Shown one piece after another: positions 29,506 through 37,870 of a DNA stretch of 64,000 nucleotides. The DNA lies in NCBI GenBank assembly GCA_965250285.1, contig OZ252299.1:1760001-1824000 (forward strand), written 5' to 3'. A program made the position numbers and the translations under genes. The notes beneath the pieces are model-generated. The model was not told the origin of the DNA and did no database searches. It saw only the letters and a program-made list of their open reading frames with translations. The stretch's first letter is position 1; each line of letters opens with the position of its first letter. The DNA comes from Myxococcota bacterium. Lineage in GTDB: Bacteria; Myxococcota_A; UBA9160; UBA4427.

Positions 29506-29862
29506 CTAGAAGGGCACGTCGTCGTCGAAGCCGGGAGGGGGACCATCGGGCAGCGGGGGCTCATCGCCGCCACCCCCCGCGCCACGCGCGATCTCCCAGA
29601 CGTCGAGGCTGTTGAAGTACCGGATCTCGCCTTGGGGACTCGTCCACTCGCGACCCCGCAGACTGAACTCGACGGTGACCTCGTCGCCCTTCGAAAACGC
29701 GTCGAGCTGCTCGCACCGATCACCGGTCAGCTGAAACTGGACGAACTGCGGATAGCGACTATCCGGCTCGAGCTCGAGCACGAACTCTCGCTTTCGAAAA
29801 CGCTCGGTGACCTGCTTTGCGTCGAAGATCGCGTGCACGCGACCCGTGGTGTGGTGTCCCAT
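29506..29862 (-). CDS. DUF3127 family (SSB-like OB fold with acidic DDVPF tail)
   Basis: FRKREFVLE, YPQ, VEFSLRGREW, YFNSLDVW, DDDVPF. Confidence 0.88.
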   Translation of the reverse strand: MGHHTTGRVHAIFDAKQVTERFRKREFVLELEPDSRYPQFVQFQLTGDRCEQLDAFSKGDEVTVEFSLRGREWTSPQGEIRYFNSLDVWEIARGAGGGGDEPPLPDGPPPGFDDDVPF

Positions 29863-30020
29863 GGCCGGGAGGATACGCCCGGGCCGCGTCGCCCGACACC
29901 CCCGAATTCGTGCCCATGACGCGCAGCAGACCGATGCTTCAGGTAGCCTCGTCTGTCACGTTTACGGCCCGCGTGCCGAGCCCGTTCTCGATCCACCCAT
30001 CGCCCTACCCCGAGGATCCC

Positions 30021-31139
30021 ATGGCCCTGAGCCCGCTCGACGACTACCTGGCGCATCAGACGATCGACACCTTCGATCGCGTGTTTACGACCGATCGCAA
30101 CTTCTACGATCGGTACTACTTCAACATGCACGCGTGCAGCGACGAGCTCTTCCTCGTTACGGGCATGGGCCAGTACCCGAACCTGGGCACCACTGACGCC
30201 TTCGTCTGCATCTCGCACGGCACCACCCAGTACACCGTGCGCGCCAGTCGCATCCTCGGCTCGGATCGGCTCGACACACGCGTGGGCCCCTTCGAAGTGA
30301 AGGTGCTCGAAGGCCTGCAGAAGATTCAGCTGATCCTCGACGAGAACGAGTGGGGGGTCGCGTTCGACATCACCTTCGAAGGCGTGACTGATCCGCTCCA
30401 GGAGCCGCGGCAGACCGTCACCGAGCTCGGTCGCATCATCCTCGACAGCAATCGCTACGCGCAGCTCGGGCAGTACTCGGGCACGCTGACCGTCGGCGGC
30501 GAGACCTATGCCGTCACGCCCGACCGCTTCAAGGGCGTACGAGATCGATCATGGGGCGTCCGTCCGGTCGGCGAGCGACCGGCACCGGGCATCGGTGCGA
30601 CCGTCGAGCGCAGCGCCGGTTTCTTTCACCAGTGGCTGCCGATGCAGTTCGACGACTTCATGGTGAAGGTCTTCGTCGAAGAGGACGAGAACGGAAAGCG
30701 CACGATGGAGGAGTCGGTCAAGATCTGGAATCAGGGCATCGACCGCCCCGAGCTGCCCATGGGTCGACCCGAGCTCGAGTTCGATTACATCCCCGGCACA
30801 CGCGAGCTGCAGAAGGCGGTGATCCACCTCTCCCCCGAGGAGGGCGAGGCCGTACACGTGACGACGACACCACTGCGTACCGTCTATCTGATGGCCGGCT
30901 CGGGCTACATCCCCGTCGACGGCTGGGGACACGGTGTGTTCCAGGGCGAGCTGAAGGTCGAGGGCCTCACCTACGACATCGGCGACCCGGCGGTGCGCAA
31001 GCAGTACGCGATGCTCAACGAGACGCTCTCACGGTTCGAGCTGTCGACCGGCGAGGTCGGCTACGGCATGCACGAGAACCTCGTGACGGGCGTCTACCAT
31101 CCGCACGGGTTCGATGCGCCGGACGCTGTCGCGAAGTAG
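30021..31139 (+). CDS. Conserved hypothetical protein (beta-rich, actinobacterial-type)
   Basis: GAGGA RBS; DDYLAHQ..DRNFYDRYYFN..GQYPN..RDRSWGVR; strong coding bias. Confidence 0.7.
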   Translation: MALSPLDDYLAHQTIDTFDRVFTTDRNFYDRYYFNMHACSDELFLVTGMGQYPNLGTTDAFVCISHGTTQYTVRASRILGSDRLDTRVGPFEVKVLEGLQKIQLILDENEWGVAFDITFEGVTDPLQEPRQTVTELGRIILDSNRYAQLGQYSGTLTVGGETYAVTPDRFKGVRDRSWGVRPVGERPAPGIGATVERSAGFFHQWLPMQFDDFMVKVFVEEDENGKRTMEESVKIWNQGIDRPELPMGRPELEFDYIPGTRELQKAVIHLSPEEGEAVHVTTTPLRTVYLMAGSGYIPVDGWGHGVFQGELKVEGLTYDIGDPAVRKQYAMLNETLSRFELSTGEVGYGMHENLVTGVYHPHGFDAPDAVAK

Positions 31140-31200
31140 CGCCGGGCGCCGTCGCAAAGGGGCGAGGGCGAGCTGATCGACGGGTCGATCGAAGCGCCGT

Positions 31201-31761
31201 TCAGGCGTCGGGATCGGTGATCGTCGCGATCCAGTCGAACTTCTCGCGCCGGGTCCAGCCCGGCATCTTCGAGCCCTTCTTCATGCGCTCGATCATCGTC
31301 TCGGTCAGCTGGCCATTCTGCATCATCGCGCCGAAGACAGCGCCGGCATTGGTGTGGTCGAAGAAGTCGCGCTGCCACTCCCACTTGAAGTCGCCGGCAT
31401 ACCTGAACCACGAGCCGCCCGTGCCGGCGATCTCATAGACGTTGCCGTCGGGATCCTTCACCGGAGCGATCTGTCGCCAGATGCCGATGAACTCGCCCTT
31501 CTGGTCGTCGATCAGGCGCCGGATGTACGGATAGGTCCAGTGCTCGAGGCCGGCCATCTCCGAGCCAAAGGCGAAGTCGTGGATCTCCTGCCGACCACGC
31601 GCGACGAACTCCCAGTTGGCCCCGGTGTTCCAGCTGTAGAGCGCATCCTCGGTGAAGAAGCCGCTCATCTTGCTCCAGTCGCCGGTGCGCCCCGCCTCGT
31701 CGTTCGCGGCGACCCAGCGATCGACCATCTCTTCGAGCTCGTCTCGGGGGAATGCGGGCAT
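31201..31761 (-). CDS. NTF2/SnoaL-like protein (Rv0762c-like)
   Basis: PRDELEEMVDRW..GDW..EMAGL.W.YPY..GGSWFRYAG..WQRDFFD, resembling Rv0762c as I recall it. Confidence 0.8.
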   Translation of the reverse strand: MPAFPRDELEEMVDRWVAANDEAGRTGDWSKMSGFFTEDALYSWNTGANWEFVARGRQEIHDFAFGSEMAGLEHWTYPYIRRLIDDQKGEFIGIWRQIAPVKDPDGNVYEIAGTGGSWFRYAGDFKWEWQRDFFDHTNAGAVFGAMMQNGQLTETMIERMKKGSKMPGWTRREKFDWIATITDPDA

Positions 31762-31800
31762 CTTTGCGTCCTCTCTGTCGTCGATCGGCTCCGTGGCCGT

Positions 31801-31995
31801 TCAGTCTTCGATCGTGATCGCGAACGTCGGGCAGTACTTCGCCGCTCTGCGGACGGCCTCGCGCTGGGACTCGCCGGCCTCGGCGATCTGCAGCCTCGCC
31901 AGATGCGCATCATCGTCGAGCTCGAACACGTCGGGAGCTTCGGCGACGCAGACGCCGTGTCCCTGACAGAGGTCGAGATCGATCTTGATCTTCAC
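31801..31995 (-). CDS. Ferredoxin (P450-associated [3Fe-4S] type)
   Basis: GTG start after GGAG; CQGHGVC...CP motif. Confidence 0.9.
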   Translation of the reverse strand: MKIKIDLDLCQGHGVCVAEAPDVFELDDDAHLARLQIAEAGESQREAVRRAAKYCPTFAITIED

Positions 31996-32018
31996 CGCGT
32001 GCGTCTCCTCGCCCGTGG

Positions 32019-33500
32019 TCAGCCCGGGTACGAAGCCGGCACGGCGATGACCTTCGTCTCGAGGTGCTCCTCGAAGCCCATCACGCCGTTCTCGCGCCCG
32101 ATCCCGCTCTGCTTGTAGCCGCCGAAGGGCGTGTCGGGATGGAACCACTGGCTGCCGTTGACGCTGAGCGTGCCCGTTCGGATCCGGCGTGCCACGGCCA
32201 GCGCGCGGTCGACGCTCGCAGAGCTGACGGCCCCGGACAGGCCGTACTCGTTGTCGTTGGCGATCCGCACCGCATCGTCGTCGTCCTCGTACGGGATCAC
32301 GCAGAGCACGGGGCCAAAGATCTCTTCTTGGGCGATCGTCGACTGGGGGTCGACGTTCGCGAACAAGGTGGGCTCCACGAAGTAGCCCTTCTCGAGGTGG
32401 GCCGGGATGCCCCCGCCCACGACACACTCGGCGCCCTCTTCCTTGCCCTTGTCGATGTAGGCGAGCACGCGCTCCTGCTGGCGCTTGCTGATCTGGGGCC
32501 CCTGCATGTTGCCCGGATTCGTGGGGTCGCCGTAGTTCCAGCCCGAGAAGGCGGCCTTCAAGAGATCGACGGCCTCGTCATGTCGCGCGCGGGGCACCAG
32601 CATGCGGGTGGTGATCGCGCAGCCCTGGCCACCGTGTACGCAGGTCATGGCGCCCATCGGTACGACCGCCTCGAACGCGGCGTCCTCGAGGATCACGTTC
32701 GCGCTCTTACCGCCGAGCTCGAGGAAGATCTTCTTGAGCGTCGGCGCAGCGCACTCGGCGATGCGCCGGCCGGTGGCGGTCGAGCCCGTGAACGACACGA
32801 GGTCGATGCGCGGATCCGTCGAGAGGATCTCACCCGTGAGGTGGTCGGCCGACGCGACGATGTTCACGACGCCCGCCGGGATGTCGGTCTTCTCGGCGAT
32901 GATCTTCGCAATGTGGGTCGCCGACCACGGCGTATCAGGGGCCGGCTTGAGCACGACGGTGCAGCCCGACGCAAGCGACGGGGCGATCTTGGCGATGTTG
33001 AGATAAAGGGGAACGTTCCAGGGCGTGATGGCACCGACCACCCCCATCGCTTCACGGCGCAGGATACGACCCTGCGGGTTGTCCATGAAGTCGACGTCGG
33101 CCATCCGCGTCTCGTACTCGTACGAGCCGGCGAGATCGGCCCAGTACGTCACCATCTCGATCGGATTGTCGACGTGCATGAAGCCCGTCAGCGCGAGTGG
33201 AGCGCCCGCCTCGTGCACGACGATCGCCCTCAACTGCTCCTTCTCTTCGATCAAGCCGTCGTAGAGCTGACGCAGGCACTTTGCACGAAACGCGTGATTC
33301 TCGGCCCAGTCGGTCTCGTCGAAGGCGCGCCGTGCGGCCCCGACGGCGTTCAGCATGTCGTCCTTGGTGCCATCGGGCGCCACGCCGAGCAGGGCCTCCG
33401 TGCTCGGGCTCACGTTGTCGAACGTGTTGCCATTGCTCGCGTCGACGAGAGCCCCGTCGATCAGGTTCTGCGTGCCGGGTGCGAGAGCTTCGAGAGACAT
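32019..33500 (-). CDS. Aldehyde dehydrogenase (AldA/Rv0768-like)
   Basis: ITPWN, KPAPDTP, FTGST, LELGGKS, GQGC, EEIFGPV, PFGGYKQSG. Confidence 0.95.
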   Translation of the reverse strand: MSLEALAPGTQNLIDGALVDASNGNTFDNVSPSTEALLGVAPDGTKDDMLNAVGAARRAFDETDWAENHAFRAKCLRQLYDGLIEEKEQLRAIVVHEAGAPLALTGFMHVDNPIEMVTYWADLAGSYEYETRMADVDFMDNPQGRILRREAMGVVGAITPWNVPLYLNIAKIAPSLASGCTVVLKPAPDTPWSATHIAKIIAEKTDIPAGVVNIVASADHLTGEILSTDPRIDLVSFTGSTATGRRIAECAAPTLKKIFLELGGKSANVILEDAAFEAVVPMGAMTCVHGGQGCAITTRMLVPRARHDEAVDLLKAAFSGWNYGDPTNPGNMQGPQISKRQQERVLAYIDKGKEEGAECVVGGGIPAHLEKGYFVEPTLFANVDPQSTIAQEEIFGPVLCVIPYEDDDDAVRIANDNEYGLSGAVSSASVDRALAVARRIRTGTLSVNGSQWFHPDTPFGGYKQSGIGRENGVMGFEEHLETKVIAVPASYPG

Positions 33501-33568
33501 CGGGTCCTCCTGGCAGGTTTCGGTGACGGGCGCGCCCGCCGATCGTGGCGCGGTCGATCGAGGTTCGC

Positions 33569-34324
33569 TCAGGGCCGCATGATCTGGCCGCCGTCGACGT
33601 TCATCACCTGGCCAGTGATCCACGCCGCGCCGTCCGAGAGCAGGAAGAGCAGCATGTCGACGTGATCCGCCGGCTGCCCGACCCGCGACAGCGGCAGCTG
33701 CTGCACGATCTGGTCCGCCGCGGCGCCGGCCGTCTTCTTGAGCGCCTCGGTGTCGGTGGGCCCGGGCGCGATTGCGTTGACCCGAATACCCATGTGGCCG
33801 ACCTCGCGCGCCACCGCCTGGGTGATGCCGTTGACCCCGAGCTTCGCCAGGCCGTAGAAGCCGACGCCCATCCACGCCGCGGTGGACGATTGGTTGACGA
33901 TGGCGCCCCCGCCACGCTGCTTCATCGATGGAACGCAGGCGCGCGTGCACAGCAGCGCGCCGTCCATGTTCACGTTCATGACCTGCTTGTAGTAGTCCCA
34001 GTCGACGTGGATCAGCCCGGCCAGCTTCATCGTGCCGAAGATCGCCGCGTTGTTGACGAGGAAGTCGATGCCGCCGAACTGCTCGGTCGCGTGGGCGGCC
34101 ATCGCCTGGGTCGACTCGAGCGAGCCGACGTCGGTATGAACGAAGCTCGCCTTCGCGCCGCTTGCCCCGATCTCCGAGGCGACGCGTTCGCCGCCGTCGG
34201 TATCGACGTCGGCGATCACGACCTGCGCGCCCTGCGCGGCCAGGCCCTTGGCGTACGCCTCACCGATGCCGCCGCCTGCGCCGGTCACGATGGCGACCTT
34301 TCCTTCGATGCCGTCGTACTGCAT
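33569..34324 (-). CDS. SDR oxidoreductase (Rv0769-like)
   Basis: TGAGGGIG, NNAAIFG, NQSSTAAW, YGLAK, WITGQ..VDGGQ. Confidence 0.92.
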   Translation of the reverse strand: MQYDGIEGKVAIVTGAGGGIGEAYAKGLAAQGAQVVIADVDTDGGERVASEIGASGAKASFVHTDVGSLESTQAMAAHATEQFGGIDFLVNNAAIFGTMKLAGLIHVDWDYYKQVMNVNMDGALLCTRACVPSMKQRGGGAIVNQSSTAAWMGVGFYGLAKLGVNGITQAVAREVGHMGIRVNAIAPGPTDTEALKKTAGAAADQIVQQLPLSRVGQPADHVDMLLFLLSDGAAWITGQVMNVDGGQIMRP

Positions 34325-34427
34325 GGCTGCCTCCTCGGGCTCACCGGGTCACCCCGGTCGGGCGTTCACACGAGCCGACGCGCCGCCCCCCGCACACGCC
34401 GGTCGATGCTGGTCGGCCACGCTACGG

Positions 34428-34456
34428 CATTTACCATGCGCCTGCAATGTAAAATG
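34428..34456. promoter_or_regulatory. AT-rich imperfect inverted repeat between divergent SDR and TetR (putative operator)
   Basis: CATTTACCATGC-GCCT-GCAATGTAAAATG. Confidence 0.5.
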
Positions 34457-34497
34457 TGATAGCGTGCCGGCGGTCCAACCGACGGAGTCGCTCCCGC

Positions 34498-35148
34498 ATG
34501 TCCCCTCCTGCCGACCGAGCCCATCGAGCCGATGCCACGGCGCGTGGTCGGCGCTCGCACGCCGAGCGCACGGCCGAGACGCGAGCGCGCATCATGGCTT
34601 CGGTCGTCGAGGCGATCGCCGACCTCGGGTTCCAGAAGACGACCGCAGCCGAGATCGCGCGGCGCGCCGGCGTCACGTGGGGCGCGGTGCAGCATCACTT
34701 CGGCGGCAAGGAAGGGATCCTCGTCGCGGTGCTGCAGGATTCGTTCGCGCGTTTCGCGGAGCGCCTCGCCGACGTCGACCGCGACGCCGCTCCGCTCGAG
34801 CAGCGCATCTCGCTCTTCGTCGATCGGGCATGGGAGCACTTCGCGAGTGACGACTACCGCAGCTCGTTCGAGATCTTGTTGAACTTCACCGCCGACGAGC
34901 CGAGCGATGGCGACGGGCTGTGGCGCACCGAGATGCTGGGCGCGTGGGACGGCGTCTGGAGTCGCTTCTTCGGCGACGTCGAGCTTCCGACCCGCCGCAG
35001 GGTCGTCCTGCAGCACTACACGATCTCGGTGCTTTCGGGGCTCGCGACGATGAAGATGCTCGAAGGCCCCGTCGCCCAGATCCGCCGAGAAGAGCTGCAG
35101 CTGTTGAAGGACACCCTGCTCCAGGCGCTCGGTGGCGCCGTCGCGTAG
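34498..35148 (+). CDS. TetR/AcrR family regulator
   Basis: ERTAETRARI..GFQKTTAAEIARRAGVTWGAVQHHFGGK. Confidence 0.92.
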   Translation: MSPPADRAHRADATARGRRSHAERTAETRARIMASVVEAIADLGFQKTTAAEIARRAGVTWGAVQHHFGGKEGILVAVLQDSFARFAERLADVDRDAAPLEQRISLFVDRAWEHFASDDYRSSFEILLNFTADEPSDGDGLWRTEMLGAWDGVWSRFFGDVELPTRRRVVLQHYTISVLSGLATMKMLEGPVAQIRREELQLLKDTLLQALGGAVA

Positions 35149-35238
35149 GGCGGCCCGAACCCTCGATCCACCCGAATTCGATCGACCGGTTTCGTCGACA
35201 CACGTCGACCCCGGTCCAAAGACGAAGGAGCCCACAAG

Positions 35239-35625
35239 ATGGCCGATGACGAGCGCTGGCAACGGGGTGCCGACAAGATCAAGGAGGTCTACGCCGGCGA
35301 CGTGATCACGCCGCCGAAGGGCGCGATGGCGTTCTCCGATCTGATGCTCGAGCAGCTCTTCGCCGAGGTCTGGACGCGGGACGTGCTCTCGATGCGCGAC
35401 CGCCGGCTGCTGCTCCTGGGCGCGATCGCGGCGCTCGGCGAGTCGATGACCTTCGGCATTCAGTCGAAGGCCGCCCTGAAGAACGGCGAGCTGGAACCCG
35501 ACCAGCTGCGCGAGTGTCTGCTGTTTCTGACGCAGTACGTCGGCTACCCGCGCGCGGCGGGCCTCGTGGGCGTGATCGAGAACGCCATTCAGGAGGCCGC
35601 GAAGGACGCGACGGCGGGCGACTGA
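35239..35625 (+). CDS. Carboxymuconolactone decarboxylase family protein (Rv0771-like)
   Basis: LFAEVWTR..LSMRDRRL..YVGYP; AAGGAG RBS. Confidence 0.85.
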   Translation: MADDERWQRGADKIKEVYAGDVITPPKGAMAFSDLMLEQLFAEVWTRDVLSMRDRRLLLLGAIAALGESMTFGIQSKAALKNGELEPDQLRECLLFLTQYVGYPRAAGLVGVIENAIQEAAKDATAGD

Positions 35626-35699
35626 CGCGCTGCGTCGCCGTTTTGCCCCGCTCTCTTGCGTCGCGAGCCGAGGCCCCTATTGTGACACCGTCCGTGTCC

Positions 35700-35714
35700 G
35701 TGACTAAGAGTCAC
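35700..35714. promoter_or_regulatory. Palindrome upstream of the TauD-like gene
   Basis: GTGACT-AAG-AGTCAC. Confidence 0.45.
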
Positions 35715-35833
35715 TGTTGACGCAGAACCCCTGATTCCCGGCCTGCTGCCCCCCAAGAGACGCTGCGCGCGGGGGGGCTGCAGGCCCAGCGTGCCGCCGC
35801 TCGTCGGGGCACCACACGTCGAGGAGACCCAGC

Positions 35834-36721
35834 ATGCTCAGCCGCGTGAAGGTCGGGCCCCGGCCCTATCTCGCCCAGCGCTACGAAGCGCTCCAGTCGA
35901 TCCACTTCGACACGTTCAAGGTCAAGCCCCTGGGCGTCAGCCTCGGCGCCGAGATCCAGGGCGTGCAGCTCGCGCGCCTCGACGACGCGACGCTCGAAGA
36001 CATTCGTCGTGCGCTGCTCGCGTACAAGGTCGTGTTCTTTCGCGACCAGGATCTCACGATCGAGCAGCACAAGGCGTTCGCCCAGCGTTTCGGCGAGATC
36101 GAGGAGCACCCGTTCCTGCCGTCGAAGGACGGCAACGCCGACGTGATCCGCTTCGAGAAGAGCGAAGACATCGCCGGCTACGAGAATCAGTGGCACAGCG
36201 ACGTCAGCTGGCGCGAGGTGCCGTCGCTCGGCTCGGTGCTGCGCGCCGTCGAGGTGCCGGACGTCGGCGGCGACACGCTCTTCGCCGACATGGTCGCCGC
36301 CTACGAATGCCTCGACGATGAGATGAAGGAGCGCATCGACGACCTCGTCTGCGTGCACGACTTCATGAACTCGTTCGGCATGCTGCTGAGCGAGGAAGAA
36401 CGCGAGGCGAGGCGCGCCGAGTTCCCGCCCGCGCGTCACCCGCTGGTGCGCACGTGCCCCGAGACCGGCGAGAAGTGCCTGTACGTGAATGCGATCTTCA
36501 CGAGCCATGTCGAAGGCATGGCGCCCGAAGAGAGCGAGGCCCTGCTCGGCGAGCTGGTGCGAGAGAGCGCGTACCCCGAATACCAGGTGCGCTTCAAGTG
36601 GGAGAACGACAGCGTTGCGTTCTGGGACAACCGCGTGACCCAGCACTATGCGGCGAACGACTACTGGCCGCGCCGCCGCGTGATGGAGCGCGTCACGATC
36701 ATCGGTGAGCGCCCCGAATAG
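35834..36721 (+). CDS. TauD/TfdA family Fe(II)/2-oxoglutarate dioxygenase
   Basis: LGAEI, VVFFRDQ, WHSD, GGDTLFAD, HPLVR, WDNR.TQH. Confidence 0.93.
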   Translation: MLSRVKVGPRPYLAQRYEALQSIHFDTFKVKPLGVSLGAEIQGVQLARLDDATLEDIRRALLAYKVVFFRDQDLTIEQHKAFAQRFGEIEEHPFLPSKDGNADVIRFEKSEDIAGYENQWHSDVSWREVPSLGSVLRAVEVPDVGGDTLFADMVAAYECLDDEMKERIDDLVCVHDFMNSFGMLLSEEEREARRAEFPPARHPLVRTCPETGEKCLYVNAIFTSHVEGMAPEESEALLGELVRESAYPEYQVRFKWENDSVAFWDNRVTQHYAANDYWPRRRVMERVTIIGERPE

Positions 36722-36742
36722 CGCTCGTCCGCGGTCGGCCGA

Positions 36743-37048
36743 TCAGCCCGAGTGGCCGCCGCGCAGGTAGCAGTCGTTCTTGCGCATGAACTGCGTGCCG
36801 CTCGGCAGCTGGCACGGGACGATCGGGTCGTTTGGATCCTGCTCGACCTCGCGCGGCTCCCGCTTGTAGTACGCGTCGAGCTTCTCGCGGGCGCTCTGGC
36901 CGCCGGTCGCGGCCGCTTCGGGCTTCGCTTCATCGTTCTTGCCGGCGCCCTCATCGAGCATGGCGCCGACCTCGTTGCAGCCGCCGATGGCGGGCACGAG
37001 CGTGAGCAGAGCGAACAACGTGGCTAGGGTGCGGGCTGAGGTGCACAT
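36743..37048 (-). CDS. Small lipoprotein
   Basis: Lipobox IGG-C; C-terminal C..(FMRKND)C..RGG motif. Confidence 0.65.
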   Translation of the reverse strand: MCTSARTLATLFALLTLVPAIGGCNEVGAMLDEGAGKNDEAKPEAAATGGQSAREKLDAYYKREPREVEQDPNDPIVPCQLPSGTQFMRKNDCYLRGGHSG

Positions 37049-37125
37049 CCCCTGTGAATCGGCCGATCCGCCGCCCGACCTGAGCCCGCCCGGCGGGCGC
37101 GCACCTGAGCGCTGCCAGGCCGCGC

Positions 37126-37533
37126 TCAGTCGCCGACGTGGACGATGATGCGCCGGGTCCCGGGCCGGTGGCGGTGCTCCCACAGATAGACCCCCTGCCA
37201 GGTGCCGAGCCCCAGGCGGCCGTCGACGACGGGGATCGACAGGCTCGTCGCGGTGAGGGCGGCCTTCACATGGGCGGGCATGTCGTCAGGCCCTTCTGCG
37301 GTGTGCGTGTAGAGCGGGTCGCCCTCGGGCACCAGGCGTTCGAGCCAGCGCTCGAGATCGGCACGAGCCGAGGGGTCGGCGTTCTCCTGGATCACCAGGC
37401 TGGCCGACGTGTGCTGGACGAAGGCCGTGCAGAGCCCATCGGTGACGCCCGACTGGGTGACCACGCGTGCGAGCTCCTGGGTGAACTCGTGCAGGCCGAC
37501 TCCGCCCGGCCGAAGCTGCAGCGTCTCGATCAC
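37126..37533 (-). CDS. yjbQ: YjbQ family (secondary thiamine-phosphate synthase)
   Basis: HTSASL..QENADP, EGPDDMPAH, LGTWQG..EHR. Confidence 0.92.
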   Translation of the reverse strand: MIETLQLRPGGVGLHEFTQELARVVTQSGVTDGLCTAFVQHTSASLVIQENADPSARADLERWLERLVPEGDPLYTHTAEGPDDMPAHVKAALTATSLSIPVVDGRLGLGTWQGVYLWEHRHRPGTRRIIVHVGD

Positions 37534-37558
37534 CGTCGCCGCCGAGAGCCCGAGGCCC

Positions 37559-37807
37559 TCAGGCTCCCGTCAGCGCGTTCTTCTGATCGGCCGCAGCGCG
37601 ACGGACCCGCGCGCCCTGCAGACGCTCGAGATCGTCGACCAGAAACGGCCGTGCGCCGCCGGTCTCGCCGTCGATGGCCACGTAGTAGCCGAAGGGCAGC
37701 GTGCCCTGCTCGGTCGCGTTCGGATCGGCCATGACCGTGCCACGGCAGCCCGTGTATTCGCTCTGCGGGGCCTTCACGCGCACGCGATCGCCGGGTCGAA
37801 ACGTCAT
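37559..37807 (-). CDS. Small SH3/KOW-like hypothetical protein
   Basis: GGAGG RBS; FRPGDRVRV..G.RGTV..YYVAID..F..DDLE. Confidence 0.6.
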   Translation of the reverse strand: MTFRPGDRVRVKAPQSEYTGCRGTVMADPNATEQGTLPFGYYVAIDGETGGARPFLVDDLERLQGARVRRAAADQKNALTGA

Positions 37808-37870
37808 CGGAGCATCCTCCTGGGGGCCGGCGAGATGTAGCGAACGTGGCGCCGATGCGCCCACCCGGCG

